A stretch of 64,000 bases of DNA from Longimicrobiales bacterium (GCA_965249725.1 OZ252251.1:320001-384000); one strand, 5' to 3'. Positions 42,140-52,403 are shown, numbered from the stretch's first letter. A program made the numbers and translations. Notes: generated by a model not told the origin, from the sequence alone.

Positions 42140-43558
42140 TTGAGCCACCTCGATATCGGCACATCGTCGTTCGATCAGGACCGACCCGCCTTCCGGTTGG
42201 GTCCCGGGTTGGCCGCGCTCATCGGTGGCGACGGACCCCGTCGCAGCGAGATTCTCGAGCGCTTCGCCGGCCCGCTGGTGAAGGGAGACGAACGGCTTGC
42301 GACGCTGGTCGCCGGGCACGGGCTGGCGGAGCCCGCACAGGCCTGGCGTCGCGCGGTGCGAGTGTTGGCGCAGTGGCTCGGGATGGAGGGCGTCGATAGA
42401 GAGATTTCGAATCTCGAGGGGGATGCTTCAGCCAGCTCGAGTCTTACCTCGATGGACTCCGGAGTGGAGAACCTCCGTGCCCGGGTCCAGGAACTTCGTC
42501 GGCTCCCGGAAGCCGTGCTGATGAAGGAGCGGGAGTTCCGCGAAATGAGGGCGGACAACGTCGAGGTGAGCGGCGACATGGAGGTCGCCAACATGGAGTG
42601 GCTCCGTGAGAGACAGGACGCGGAGACGCATCTTCTCGCTTATCGCGATCGGGCTCGCGAGCTGAAGGTTCGGCTTCAGCAGCTCGAGGTGGGGGGCCCC
42701 GAGAGCGAGTGCCCCACCTGTGATCGCCTGCTCGCGGAGCGGTACGAGTCGGTCCTGACGGTGCTGCGTGAGGAGTGGGAGTCGGTCGTTCAGGACGGCA
42801 GCTGGTGGAAGCGCCGGCGGGAGCAATTGGATTTCAAACCCTCTCATCTGCAGGATCTCGAGGGGAAAGCAATTCGACTCCAAGCCGCCATCGAAGAGTG
42901 TGCCGAAGAGGTCGAGCGTCTCCGCGCACGCCTACCGGAGCTGGCCGATGCCGAGGACACACTCGCCGCCGTCCGGGCGGCGGGAACGTCGAGGGATCGG
43001 CGTAAGTCCGCTCAGGGTGAGGATCAGGCCACCGCAGGCGTGGACGAAGAAATCGATCGGCGTCGCCGGGCGCTCAAGGCTCTGCGGGCGGAGCTGCTCT
43101 CCGACGCTCGAGACACGCTGGCCGCGCGAGCGGGTCGGTACCTCAATCGTCTGACGAGCGGGGGCGTGCTGGGTGTAGGCGTCACGGGCGACGGAGAGCC
43201 GACGGTGATTCGGGACGAGGGAGAGAGACGGCTCCAGTCCGACGAGGAAGTGGCAGCCTACCTCTTTGCGCTCCGGATGGCGCTCATCCACCTCGGTGTC
43301 GCTCAGGGCATTCAGTTCGACGAGGTGCTGCTCGGAGATACGTTCGATCGACTCGAACCGGAGGCGAAGGTCCGGGCCGTCGGTCTGCTCAGGAGCATGC
43401 TCCCACAGGTCTCGAAGATCCTACTGTTCTGCCGAGGCGAGATCCTGGACACGATCCCCGAGTCGTTCGATTGGATCGTGGATCTGCGCGTGGACCGGGC
43501 GGGAGCCCCTCAAACGCGTGTCCGCAGCAGCGGGGTGGGGAAGCTACGCGTCCACTGA
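42140..43558 (+). CDS. Short SbcC/Rad50-like coiled-coil protein with zinc hook and degenerate ATPase motifs
   Basis: Central CPTC flanked by coiled coils; eroded Walker A GGDGPRRS, signature QSDEE..FALRMAL, Walker B LLGDTFDRLE. Confidence 0.75.
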   Translation: MSHLDIGTSSFDQDRPAFRLGPGLAALIGGDGPRRSEILERFAGPLVKGDERLATLVAGHGLAEPAQAWRRAVRVLAQWLGMEGVDREISNLEGDASASSSLTSMDSGVENLRARVQELRRLPEAVLMKEREFREMRADNVEVSGDMEVANMEWLRERQDAETHLLAYRDRARELKVRLQQLEVGGPESECPTCDRLLAERYESVLTVLREEWESVVQDGSWWKRRREQLDFKPSHLQDLEGKAIRLQAAIEECAEEVERLRARLPELADAEDTLAAVRAAGTSRDRRKSAQGEDQATAGVDEEIDRRRRALKALRAELLSDARDTLAARAGRYLNRLTSGGVLGVGVTGDGEPTVIRDEGERRLQSDEEVAAYLFALRMALIHLGVAQGIQFDEVLLGDTFDRLEPEAKVRAVGLLRSMLPQVSKILLFCRGEILDTIPESFDWIVDLRVDRAGAPQTRVRSSGVGKLRVH

Positions 43559-44035
43559 CCCACTCGGGTCTTCGTCGGACTCACCCCATCTTATTCGCGC
43601 CGCCGCCTCGAGAATGGCCGCTTCCACCTTATCGCGGTCCCGGTACTGCCCGATCGAAATCGTGGTGCGCCCCCGACGGGTGCGGCTGACGCGAATTCGG
43701 ACATCGCCGCCAAGGTCCCCTGTCCGTATGAAGTCGTCCTTGGGGTCGTCACGGGACTGGTAGCGAAGGCCGGCGTCCAGTACGGCCGCCTTGTACCTCA
43801 CCACGAGCTCTTCGCGCACCAAGTCACTGTGAAAGTGCGCACCCCTGTAGAAGGCGCCTGAGGTGGCATGGCTGAACGTGGCCTCGGGGGGGAGCGCCAT
43901 TCTGAAGCCTGGCCAGCCCTCGTCCGCGAGGTCCGGGAACTCGGCGTACCGAATCCCGTCCGTCTCCGACTCTTGGATGGACTCACGGCCCGAACCCAGG
44001 ATGCCGGCGGAGCGGGCCACGTCCTGCAAACCCAC
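43544..44035 (-). CDS. Hypothetical protein, start uncertain
   Basis: Protein-like composition filling the gap between genes; no recognised motif or clear RBS. Confidence 0.4.
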   Translation of the reverse strand: MGLQDVARSAGILGSGRESIQESETDGIRYAEFPDLADEGWPGFRMALPPEATFSHATSGAFYRGAHFHSDLVREELVVRYKAAVLDAGLRYQSRDDPKDDFIRTGDLGGDVRIRVSRTRRGRTTISIGQYRDRDKVEAAILEAAARIRWGESDEDPSGSVDA

Positions 44036-44147
44036 GTACCAGCGGTCGACGGTTTGAACGAGCCGCAGAATGATCTCCGCCTCGATACCATGGGACTGAG
44101 GCGGATCGGGCGCGACGCCTATTCCATCGGACGCGGTGTCTATGCGG

Positions 44148-44585
44148 TCAGATCCGTTGGTTGTCGGCCCGCCAGCTCTTCACGCGCTTCTTGACCTCGG
44201 CTCGGTCCGAGATGCCCTCGGCGATGATCGCGTTGAAGAGCTCGCCGACCTCACCGTCCGAGGCGAAGCGGAGGCCGATCAGCAACTCGGTCTCCATCCC
44301 GTGGATGGTATCTCGCTGATCCGACCCGAGAATGCGCTCGAGGCGGGCCCGTTCCTCGAGACGAATCACACGATCCTGCACACCAAGTGCGAAGACCCTG
44401 GCGAAGAAGAACGTGATCAGAATGCCAACAGCGAAGAGTAGAGACAGGAGTGCTCCGACCGAGAAGGCGGTCACGACGACATACAATGACCAAAGGGTGT
44501 AGACGGCGATGAGCCCAAATGCCACGAAGTGGTACAGGGGCACCAACTTGGCGTGACTCTCGAAGCTTTGCGGGACGCTGCTCAC
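44148..44585 (-). CDS. Small membrane protein (DUF6526-like)
   Basis: QSFESHAK..PLYHF, two TM segments, QDRVIRLEE, LRFASD, WRAD..RI; GGAGG RBS. Confidence 0.8.
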   Translation of the reverse strand: MSSVPQSFESHAKLVPLYHFVAFGLIAVYTLWSLYVVVTAFSVGALLSLLFAVGILITFFFARVFALGVQDRVIRLEERARLERILGSDQRDTIHGMETELLIGLRFASDGEVGELFNAIIAEGISDRAEVKKRVKSWRADNQRI

Positions 44586-44660
44586 AGGGTTCCTCCAGGC
44601 AGTGGGATTCAGTTCTGGATGAGGATAGCCGACGAGGTCACGCCGCCGCCATCCCCCGCT

Positions 44661-46994
44661 CTACCTGGTCAGGGCCTGCCAAGCCAGCAACCGCTCCTCG
44701 TACGGCGCCGCCGAATCCGGGTCCTCACCCTGGAGCGCGCCCTGCACGAGTGCGGCGTACGCCCATGCGTAGTAGTGCGGTATGCCGATCGTCGAGCGGT
44801 CGGGCCAATGCAGCCACCCGTCGGGGATCCCACCCCGGTGCATGAACACGTCGTCGACCAGCGTGCGGGTCCGCACCTCGTCGAGCCACGGACCGGTGAC
44901 AGGGACGAGGCTGGGGTCCTGGATGAGCATATTGGTCGGGGTCAGGTCAGGAGGCCCTGGATTGAGCCGGAAGGCGAGTCCCTGCCTGACCAGATAGGGC
45001 GACAAACCCAGAGAACGCGCCGCGTTACCGCTCGAGGCGAAGTAGATGGGCCGGTCGTCGATACTGTTCTGGATGAGCGACAGCGCGAACTGCTGCCACG
45101 GGAAGACCACCGTACCTCCGTCCAGCCTGGCGATCACCGGACCGAGGCGGAAGTCTCGGGCCTCATCCATCGCGAAGTACCCGGCCGGACTCGCCACCTG
45201 ATCGATCACGGAGTCCTCGAGGGCAAGGAGCGACTTCAGTGGCCTCGTCACCGGCTCGTCCATCAGGATCCCAATCTTGCTTTGCCTCTCGGCTTCGACA
45301 CGATCGTGGGTATACATCGCCGACGTCGTGGCGGCGCTGTAGGGACGTTGGCACACGATGGTCGTCGGGTCCTGCTCGGGATCGACGTCGTCGGGGCAGG
45401 GACTGGTCAGGTCCCGAATCTGCTTGGTGTACCAGCCGGTGTTGAGATAAGACGTGACGATGACCGTGACGTCTCGGCGGATGCCCTCGGCCTCCTGCAG
45501 ATACCAGAGGGGGAACGTGTCATTATCCCCGTTCGTGAAGAGCACCGCGTAGGGCTCGACGCTCATGAGGAGGTTGTATCCCCAGTCCCTGGCGGAGTAG
45601 TCGCCCTTACGGCTCGCCCAGGACCAATTGAGCATCAGCGGGACGAGGGCCAACAGCAAAACAGGAGCTGCCCGCATCCAGTTTCCGTTCAGCCGCTCTG
45701 CGAACCGCTGCCAGAGAGCCGTGATTCCTAGTCCGGCCCAGAGCCCCCAAATCGAGAAGCCGGCGACGAAGAAGTAGTCGCGTTCCCGCACTTCATGGAA
45801 CTCGAGCCCCGGCGTTGGCGACGCGAGCGAGTATCCGTACTTGAAGTTCAGGTAGAAGACCAAGCCCAGCGACAGGGTCGCGAACAGCACCAGGGCGTAG
45901 ACCCCCGTGGCCGAGTCGCGTCGAAGGTGCTGGCTCGCTCCGTAGGCGCCCAACCCTGCGAACAGGAACGTGAAGGGGAGCCTGAGGAGTGGGAAGACCG
46001 TCTCCGGTCCCGCCACCCCTCGAGCCCACTGCCAGTCGAAGTACTGAAGGTAGTTGGCGTATTGAGATCCCAGGGACGCCAAGCGCGGGAAGAGCGCGGG
46101 CTTGTCGTACTGCTGCCTCGAAAGCGACGCCGACAGTTCCGCACACCCCGCCTGCCCCCACGTGACGATGCTGGTCAGGGCGCTCCACACGCTCGGACAA
46201 GTCGGGTCTGCCTGGTTGATCACCGGGGCTAGGCCCGCGCGCAGTGGAAGGAAGAGATGAATGGAGAGGCCGAGGAACACCGCCACGGCTCCAACCGCGT
46301 ACAACCGCCAGTTGAGCAGCGTCCGAGGTGATACCAGCAGGATGAACACGCCCAGAGCCGGAGCGGCCAGGAACGCCATCAGGTGGTTCCCCACCGAGAG
46401 CGCCAGGATAAAGGCCATGAGCACCAGCAGGTTGTCGTCCCGACCCTTGCCCAGGTTCTCTCGCCAGTGGAAGGCGAGCCAGGTCAGCAAAGCGATGGTG
46501 AAGAGGGAGACCGTGTAGACCTTCTCGTTCACGTTGGACTGATTCCACACCGTGAAGGCCGTTGCGCTCACGAGCACTGCGGTTACGGCGCCGACCAAGC
46601 GGAAACGCCGATCACTGGAGAAGAATCCCAGCACGTGGTACACACAAAGAAACCAGAGGCCGTGGGCCAGACTCCCCATCAGGGCTGAGAAGAGGTTGAT
46701 GCGGGTGGCTACCGACATCCCGAGGGGGGCCAGCAAGATGTCCCAGGTGCGCGCCAGCACAACGAACAGGGGATTCCCAGGCGGATGGGGAATCCCGAGG
46801 ATGTGACCCGTGGCGATGTACTCGCTCGTGTCCCAGAACGCCGTGGTCGGAGCCAAGGTCAGCGTGTAGAGAAGGCCTACCGCTAACGCGACCACGCCCG
46901 CCCACTTGTAGGGCGGATCGACGGCATCGGGGCCGTTCGTCACCTTCTCGGCTGGGACGAGCCGAGGGGCGTTGTCGGTGTCAGAGGGACTCAT
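44661..46994 (-). CDS. DUF2723 / TMEM260-like membrane glycosyltransferase
   Basis: TLAPTTAFWDTSEY, LGIPHPPGNPLF, EVRERDYFF, FTNGDNDTFPLWY. Confidence 0.88.
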   Translation of the reverse strand: MSPSDTDNAPRLVPAEKVTNGPDAVDPPYKWAGVVALAVGLLYTLTLAPTTAFWDTSEYIATGHILGIPHPPGNPLFVVLARTWDILLAPLGMSVATRINLFSALMGSLAHGLWFLCVYHVLGFFSSDRRFRLVGAVTAVLVSATAFTVWNQSNVNEKVYTVSLFTIALLTWLAFHWRENLGKGRDDNLLVLMAFILALSVGNHLMAFLAAPALGVFILLVSPRTLLNWRLYAVGAVAVFLGLSIHLFLPLRAGLAPVINQADPTCPSVWSALTSIVTWGQAGCAELSASLSRQQYDKPALFPRLASLGSQYANYLQYFDWQWARGVAGPETVFPLLRLPFTFLFAGLGAYGASQHLRRDSATGVYALVLFATLSLGLVFYLNFKYGYSLASPTPGLEFHEVRERDYFFVAGFSIWGLWAGLGITALWQRFAERLNGNWMRAAPVLLLALVPLMLNWSWASRKGDYSARDWGYNLLMSVEPYAVLFTNGDNDTFPLWYLQEAEGIRRDVTVIVTSYLNTGWYTKQIRDLTSPCPDDVDPEQDPTTIVCQRPYSAATTSAMYTHDRVEAERQSKIGILMDEPVTRPLKSLLALEDSVIDQVASPAGYFAMDEARDFRLGPVIARLDGGTVVFPWQQFALSLIQNSIDDRPIYFASSGNAARSLGLSPYLVRQGLAFRLNPGPPDLTPTNMLIQDPSLVPVTGPWLDEVRTRTLVDDVFMHRGGIPDGWLHWPDRSTIGIPHYYAWAYAALVQGALQGEDPDSAAPYEERLLAWQALTR

Positions 46995-47005
46995 CTAGGG
47001 GCCTG

Positions 47006-47032
47006 TCGAGCATCGGTTCGAGCATCGGGTCG
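47006..47032. repeat. Short tandem repeat, 2 x 12 bp TCGAGCATCGGK
   Basis: tcgagcatcggt tcgagcatcggg tcg. Confidence 0.6.
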
Positions 47033-47071
47033 GAAGCGTATTGGCGGTTCCAAGATAGCACTGCGCCCGTC

Positions 47072-49060
47072 CTACTGTGCCGCCAGGTGGAGGTTCCCGT
47101 ACTCGTCCAGGGTCAGTTGCCACCCCTCCGGCACCCACGTGGTAGAGCTGTACTCCAAGACCACGAGGGGTCCGTGAAGCTCGTGCCCAGGAGACAGCTC
47201 ACCTCGCCAGATCCGCCCGGCCTCCACCCATTCTCCGTCCACGTGAACCCGCGTGGCGCCGGGGGTGGCGGCCTCGGTCGCGGGTTCGAAGCGCTCGAGC
47301 GCCAGCTCGGGTCCGGGTGCCGACGCGACGACGCGGAGCGTAACCGCCTCGGCCGGACTCCCGTCTCGACGGTAGCCGTACCTCTCCTCGTGCAGATCGT
47401 GGAACGCGGCGACCCAGTTCTCCCCGGGCACCCGGAGCTCGAAGCTCTGCCCTGCGTAACGGGCGTCGACCCACCGTCTCAGCGTGATCGTGGCCTCATC
47501 GACATCCTCCTGACGCATCGCTTGGAGCGCCTGGCTCTCCAACTCTACGTATTCCGCCTCGATCAGGGCTTCTCCCGAAGGCGTTTCCGTGGAGACCAGG
47601 ACCGTCCGCGACGTCTCTCGGGTCACGTCGGCCGCCAGCATCCCATAGGCGGAAAGCAGGCCTGGCAGCGGTGGCACGATGGCGCGGGCGGCACCCAACG
47701 TCTGAGCGAGGCGTGCGGCGTGCAGTCCTCCCGCTCCGCCGAACGCAACGAGAGCGAAGTCCGCAGGGTCGTACCCCCGCTCCACAGAGATCACACGGAG
47801 AGCCCGCTCCATGGCCGAGTCGGCCACCGCGAGGATTCCCTCCGCTGCCTCTTCGAGGCTCGTGCCCAGATCCTGGGCCAAGGCAGCGAGGGCGGGCTCG
47901 ACGCTGTCCCGATCGAGCGTGGCCTCACCCCCCAGGAATCCGTCGACGGGCAGTCGACCGAGCCAAACATGGGCGTCGGTGACCGTAACGCCGTCGCCTC
48001 CTTTCCCGTAGCAGATCGGCCCGGGCTCTGCACCGGCGGATTGCGGACCGACCCGGAGTGCCCCGCCTGGGTCGACTCGGGCCAGGGATCCGCCCCCGGC
48101 CCCCACCGTATGGATGTCGATCACCGGGATGGCCACCGGCTGGCCTGCGATCTCGAACTCTCTCGTGTGCAGAAGGCCGCCCGGACACAGGGACACGTCG
48201 GTCGAGGTGCCGCCCATGTCGAACGAGATGATCTGGTCGTATCCGGCCAGGCGTCCCCAGGCCATGGCTCCCACGACTCCACCGGCCGGGCCCGACAGCA
48301 CCGTGTGGATCGGCTCCCGTGATGCCCGGGCCACCGGCAGAGAGCCGCCGTTGGAACCCATGATGCTCACCCGATCCGCCCCGGCCTCTCGATGTAGCCG
48401 CTCCAGGTAGGCCGACATCCGAGGTGCCACGTAGGCGTTTACGACCGTTGTGGACGTTCGTTCGTACTCGCGGTACTCGGGAAGCAGCCTCACGGACACG
48501 GACAACGGTACGGTGAGGTCCGCCAGGGCGTCGGCGACACGCTCCTCATGGTCTGGCAGCGCGTAAGAGTGGAGGAGTACCACTGCGACCGACTCGGCAT
48601 CGGTGAGGCGCTCGGCCAGGGTGTTCAGCTCGTCCTGGTCGAGGGGCTCCACCACCTGGCCCTCCGGTCCGACCCTGCCCCCGATGCCGATGCGGTCGTC
48701 TCGCTGGACCAACGGGGCGGGGCGGTGGCCGACGAGGGCGTACAGCTGTGGGCGATTCTGTCGCCCGATCTCGATTACGTCCTCGAAGCCCGAGTTGGTG
48801 ACGAGCATGACCCGGGCACCGTCGCGCTCCAAAAGGGAATTGGTTGCCACCGTTGAGCCGTGTAGGAGCAGGTAGTCGGCTTGGTCACCGCCGAGCATGG
48901 TCCGTACCCCATCGAGAACCGCGTCGGCGGGGTCAGCAGGCGTAGAGGGCACCTTGAGTGATCGGAGGCGGCCGGCATCGAGGACCAGCACGTCGGTGAA
49001 CGTGCCTCCCGTGTCGACCGCGATGATCAGCGGGATCTTTCCCTTCTCCGCTTCACTCAT
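47072..49060 (-). CDS. Hydantoinase/oxoprolinase family, A subunit
   Basis: DTGGTFTD, HGSTVATN, REYERTSTT, SGPAGGV, DMGGTSTD, GAGGGS, FGGAG. Confidence 0.93.
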   Translation of the reverse strand: MSEAEKGKIPLIIAVDTGGTFTDVLVLDAGRLRSLKVPSTPADPADAVLDGVRTMLGGDQADYLLLHGSTVATNSLLERDGARVMLVTNSGFEDVIEIGRQNRPQLYALVGHRPAPLVQRDDRIGIGGRVGPEGQVVEPLDQDELNTLAERLTDAESVAVVLLHSYALPDHEERVADALADLTVPLSVSVRLLPEYREYERTSTTVVNAYVAPRMSAYLERLHREAGADRVSIMGSNGGSLPVARASREPIHTVLSGPAGGVVGAMAWGRLAGYDQIISFDMGGTSTDVSLCPGGLLHTREFEIAGQPVAIPVIDIHTVGAGGGSLARVDPGGALRVGPQSAGAEPGPICYGKGGDGVTVTDAHVWLGRLPVDGFLGGEATLDRDSVEPALAALAQDLGTSLEEAAEGILAVADSAMERALRVISVERGYDPADFALVAFGGAGGLHAARLAQTLGAARAIVPPLPGLLSAYGMLAADVTRETSRTVLVSTETPSGEALIEAEYVELESQALQAMRQEDVDEATITLRRWVDARYAGQSFELRVPGENWVAAFHDLHEERYGYRRDGSPAEAVTLRVVASAPGPELALERFEPATEAATPGATRVHVDGEWVEAGRIWRGELSPGHELHGPLVVLEYSSTTWVPEGWQLTLDEYGNLHLAAQ

Positions 49061-49102
49061 AAGTTCTCCAGGCCTCGACCCGGGGTCTTCCTCACGAGAC
49101 GA

Positions 49103-50608
49103 ATGAAGTCCATGCAGCTCAAGCCCACCTTCGACGAATTCCGCTCAAAGGCAGATCGCTCCGGCGTCCTGCCCGTGTGGCGCGAGTTCCTGTTCGATGT
49201 AGACACCGCCGTTACCGCCTACGCTAAGGTCCGCCGTCCGCCCTTCGGTTTCTTGCTCGAGTCCGTCGTAGGAGGCGAACAGTGGGCCCGCTACACGTTC
49301 CTGGGCAGCGAGCCTGCTGAGGCATGGCGCCTGCAAGAAGGCCGAACTGAACTCTGGACCCGTCAAGATGGCTGGCAGCCCATCTCCACCGACGACCCAC
49401 TGACCGATCTCGACGAGCGACTCCGAGCCCGAGAACCGCTCGCCACTGGAGGCCTTCCCCGGCTGTGGGGAGGCGCCGTAGGGTACTTCGGGTACGACGT
49501 GGTGCGCCAGATCGAGCAGCTTCCCGACGGACCTCCGGACGATCTCCAGCTTCCGGACGGCCTCTTCGTCTTCATCGACGTCGTGCTAGCCATCGACAAC
49601 CTCTTGGGGCGTGCCATGGCCATCGCCACCGTCGAGGTAGAGGAGGGTCTGAGCGAGGCGGAGCTCCGCAGACGTTACGACGAGGCTGCGGAGAAGACAC
49701 AGACGCTGGTCGATCGGCTGAGCGAGGAGCCGTCCCCGCCACCCTTGGAGCTCGGCCCCGAGCCCGATGAGGATCCGGACTTCAAGAGCACCATGACGCG
49801 TGAGGATTTCGAGGCCTCCGTGGAGCGGATTCGCGAGTACATCATGGCCGGTGACGCCTTCCAGGTCGTTTTGAGCCAGCGCCTCGAGATGCAGCTGCCT
49901 GCGGGCCCCTTCGACCTCTATCGAGCCCTCCGGTCGCTGAATCCGTCCCCCTATCTCTACTTCCTCGAGTTGGATGGACTGTGCCTCGTGGGCAGTTCGC
50001 CCGAGGTGCTGGTGCGGGTCGAGGATGGGGTCGTCACGGTGAGGCCGATCGCAGGGACGAGGCCGAGGGGCGGGACCCCCGAGCAGGATCGTGCGTTCGC
50101 CAAGGACCTTGCGGAAGACGAGAAGGAGTTGGCGGAGCACCGCATGCTGGTCGATCTGGGACGCAATGATGTGGGCCGTGTCGCCGAGTACGGCTCCGTC
50201 GAAGTGCCCGACCTCATGGTGGTGGAGCGCTACTCACACGTCATGCACCTGGTCAGCCAGGTCGAGGGCAGGTTGCGGCCGGAGCTGTCGGCAATGGATG
50301 TGTTTCGGGCTTGCTTCCCGGCCGGGACGGTATCAGGAGCGCCCAAGGTGCGGGCCATGGAGATCATCGACGAACTCGAGCCGGTCAGGAGGGGCCCCTA
50401 TGCCGGGGCCGTGGGTCACTTCAGCTGGGGCGGTGCCGCGATGGACACGGCCATCACGATCCGGACGGTCGTAGTAAAGGACGGCACGGCGTACGTCCAA
50501 GCGGGTGCCGGTATCGTGGCCGACTCCGACCCCGGTCTCGAGTATGACGAGACGCTCAACAAGGCCCGGGCGCTGCTGAAAGCCGGCGCCATGCTGCCTT
50601 CCCTCTAA
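49103..50608 (+). CDS. trpE: Anthranilate synthase component I
   Basis: FLLES, NPSPY, GSSPE, RPIAGT, AEHRMLVDLGRND, PAGTVSGAPK, QAGAGIVADS. Confidence 0.92.
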   Translation: MKSMQLKPTFDEFRSKADRSGVLPVWREFLFDVDTAVTAYAKVRRPPFGFLLESVVGGEQWARYTFLGSEPAEAWRLQEGRTELWTRQDGWQPISTDDPLTDLDERLRAREPLATGGLPRLWGGAVGYFGYDVVRQIEQLPDGPPDDLQLPDGLFVFIDVVLAIDNLLGRAMAIATVEVEEGLSEAELRRRYDEAAEKTQTLVDRLSEEPSPPPLELGPEPDEDPDFKSTMTREDFEASVERIREYIMAGDAFQVVLSQRLEMQLPAGPFDLYRALRSLNPSPYLYFLELDGLCLVGSSPEVLVRVEDGVVTVRPIAGTRPRGGTPEQDRAFAKDLAEDEKELAEHRMLVDLGRNDVGRVAEYGSVEVPDLMVVERYSHVMHLVSQVEGRLRPELSAMDVFRACFPAGTVSGAPKVRAMEIIDELEPVRRGPYAGAVGHFSWGGAAMDTAITIRTVVVKDGTAYVQAGAGIVADSDPGLEYDETLNKARALLKAGAMLPSL

Positions 50609-51966
50609 CCGAGCTCCTCATAGAGGTAGGCCAGGGCTCGGATGCCCTTCTCGATGTTCTCCTCGGGGAACCACTCGTTCGGCGCGTGCAGATTGGCCCC
50701 CGGAAGCGAGAAGCCTACCAGCAACGCGGGAGCGCCCAAGACCCGCTCGAATTCCCCGACGATCGGTATGCTCCCACCCTCGCCGGCCAAGACGGGCGCA
50801 GCGCCAAAAGCCTTCAGGAGCGCCGCCGTTGCCGCCTCCTTGAGATTTTCGTCGAGTTTGGCTCGCCAAGGCATTCCGCCGTGGAGCTCCTCGACTCGGG
50901 TCGTGACCCCGGTCGGGGTGACTTTGGCGACGTGTTCCCGGACCAACTCGGAGACCCGTTCGGGAGTCTGGTCCGCCACCAGGCGGAAGCTCACCTTGGC
51001 CATGGCCTTCCCGGGTAGCACGGTCTTCGCGCCCTCACCGGTGTAGCCGGAAAGCAGTCCGTTCACCTCGCATGTAGGCCGAATCCAGAGTCGCTCGGGC
51101 ACGGAGTATCCCTTCTCGCCACCGGCGAGGGTGGCACCGACCGATGCGGCGAAATCGTCCTCATCGAAGGGCAGGCTCCGAATACCGTCGCGGGTCTCGG
51201 AGTCCCAGTCGAGGACATCGTCGTAGAACCCGTCGATGACGATGCGTCCTTCATCGTCGAACAGCGTCGCCAGAATCTGGGCCAGCGCCATCGCGGGATT
51301 CACGACGGGACCGCCGTACGCACCGGAATGCAGGTCGCTGGACGGACCCTCGACGTGGATCTCGCAATAGGCGATGCCGCGTAGCGAGAAGAGCAGGGAC
51401 GGCAGACCCGGCGCGAACATGGCCGTGTCGGAGATGATCACCGCGGCGCAGGCCAGGCGGTCACTGTTCGCCTCGACGAACGGCACCAGGTTCCGTGAGC
51501 CTACCTCCTCCTCACCCTCTGCCAGGATGATGAGGTTCACGGGCAGTCCGCCCCCCGCCTTCAGGTGCGCTTCGGCCGCCTTCACATGAAGGTAGAGTTG
51601 CCCCTTGTCGTCGGCGGAGCCACGGGCGTATAGGCGGCCCTCCCGGAACTCCGGCTCGAACGGAGGAGAGTCCCAGAGCTCGAGGGGTTCCGGAGGCTGG
51701 ACGTCGTAGTGGCCGTATACGAGTACGGTCGGGGCGTCTTCGCCGGCCCCGCGCCACTCCCCCAGTACGATCGGGTGACCGGGTGTCTCGATGACCTCGG
51801 CCTCCAGGCCGGCGTCCACCATCCGCGCCTGAAGCCACTCCGCCGTGCGGCGGGTGTCATCGTCGTGGTCCGATTTGGCACTGATGGACGGGAGCCTCAG
51901 GAATTCGAAGATCTCGTCTGTGAAGCGCTGCAGTCCGTTGCCGATGTATTCCTGGACATCACTCAT
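50605..51966 (-). CDS. M20 family dipeptidase
   Basis: YGHYDVQP, ARGSADDKG, EGEEE, DLHSG, GGSIP, HAPNE. Confidence 0.93.
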   Translation of the reverse strand: MSDVQEYIGNGLQRFTDEIFEFLRLPSISAKSDHDDDTRRTAEWLQARMVDAGLEAEVIETPGHPIVLGEWRGAGEDAPTVLVYGHYDVQPPEPLELWDSPPFEPEFREGRLYARGSADDKGQLYLHVKAAEAHLKAGGGLPVNLIILAEGEEEVGSRNLVPFVEANSDRLACAAVIISDTAMFAPGLPSLLFSLRGIAYCEIHVEGPSSDLHSGAYGGPVVNPAMALAQILATLFDDEGRIVIDGFYDDVLDWDSETRDGIRSLPFDEDDFAASVGATLAGGEKGYSVPERLWIRPTCEVNGLLSGYTGEGAKTVLPGKAMAKVSFRLVADQTPERVSELVREHVAKVTPTGVTTRVEELHGGMPWRAKLDENLKEAATAALLKAFGAAPVLAGEGGSIPIVGEFERVLGAPALLVGFSLPGANLHAPNEWFPEENIEKGIRALAYLYEELG

Positions 51967-52053
51967 GATCGAATCTTCTTCAAGAGGTCCACAACGAAGA
52001 GGCGCCGGCCTGCGGGCCGCCGCCTCCTGATTCCCACACGTGTCGACCGGTCT

Positions 52054-52332
52054 TCAAATGAGGCCGCGGATGCCCCACCGGTAGACGAAACTCATCAAGG
52101 CGGAAAACGCCAAGGCGCCGCCCATCCCTCCCGCGCTCAGCGCGAGGGGATCGTCGAACTCGAATATGCCGACTCCCAGCATCCCACCGATGACGGCACT
52201 GAAGGCGCCGAGCACCATGAGGAGCGATACGTGTCCGGACGTCTCCTCGGGGCGCTTGACGGCCATGCGCATGACGAGGCCGATAAGGGCCCCCATCACA
52301 ATCCATATGCCGATGCCGATCCAGTTCTCCAT
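52054..52332 (-). CDS. GlsB/YeaQ/YmgE-like small membrane protein
   Basis: WIVMGALIGLV, LGAFSAVIGG; three TM segments. Confidence 0.75.
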   Translation of the reverse strand: MENWIGIGIWIVMGALIGLVMRMAVKRPEETSGHVSLLMVLGAFSAVIGGMLGVGIFEFDDPLALSAGGMGGALAFSALMSFVYRWGIRGLI

Positions 52333-52403
52333 TTGTCACCGTTTTGGGTCAGGCGTGGTCTCGTTGTCCGAGGCGAGGCCTCAGGAAGGAGAATCTAAGA
52401 AAT

